Both the position numbers and the translations under genes were made by a program. Under the pieces are notes generated by a model that worked only from the letters and a program-made list of their open reading frames with translations, was not told the origin of the DNA and ran no database searches. From NCBI GenBank assembly GCA_019894665.1, contig JAGXOC010000005.1:6724-60989 (forward strand): a DNA stretch of 54,266 bases. The letters are read 5' to 3'. Positions 54,266 through 54,266 of the stretch are shown piece by piece. This stretch comes from Candidatus Thorarchaeota archaeon. Its GTDB lineage: Archaea > Asgardarchaeota > Thorarchaeia > Thorarchaeales > Thorarchaeaceae. The stretch's first letter is position 1. Each line of letters starts with the position of its first letter.

Positions 54266-54266
54266 T

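Overview
A 54 kb archaeal chromosomal segment, most likely Asgard and probably Thorarchaeia-like. That assignment is inferred from two Rab-like small GTPases, a roadblock protein, archaeal RadA/TopoVI/aRF1/PheRS/GGR genes and GGTGA-type SD motifs. Most of the window is core genes: grpE-dnaK-dnaJ, a P-type ATPase, top6B/top6A, radA, pheS/pheT, aRF1, ino1 and ssb. No rRNA, tRNA, CRISPR array or transposase was recognised. The main observations are as follows. (1) A tandem array of micro-ORFs at 15876-16303, below the ORF-track cutoff, encodes three paralogous basic peptides with a shared T-[KR]-A-[LI]-T-x-[AV]-Y...R C-terminal motif; it has a TATA-like promoter and SD motifs and lies upstream of a structured RNA-like leader and an MFS transporter. 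(2) A diol-dehydratase-like glycyl radical enzyme is co-oriented with a KDG kinase, a KDPG aldolase and an aminotransferase, suggesting a radical-initiated Entner-Doudoroff-like pathway. (3) A Cas4-like nuclease is split into two separately translated, membrane-anchored halves. (4) Top6A carries a histone-H1-like Lys-rich N-terminus and two RadA-N-like HhH domains. (5) Scars of recombination and decay: a synonymously diverged duplicate of the ino1 3' end, a purA pseudogene and a CCG-domain fragment. All product calls come from motif recognition by eye; no database searches were run.
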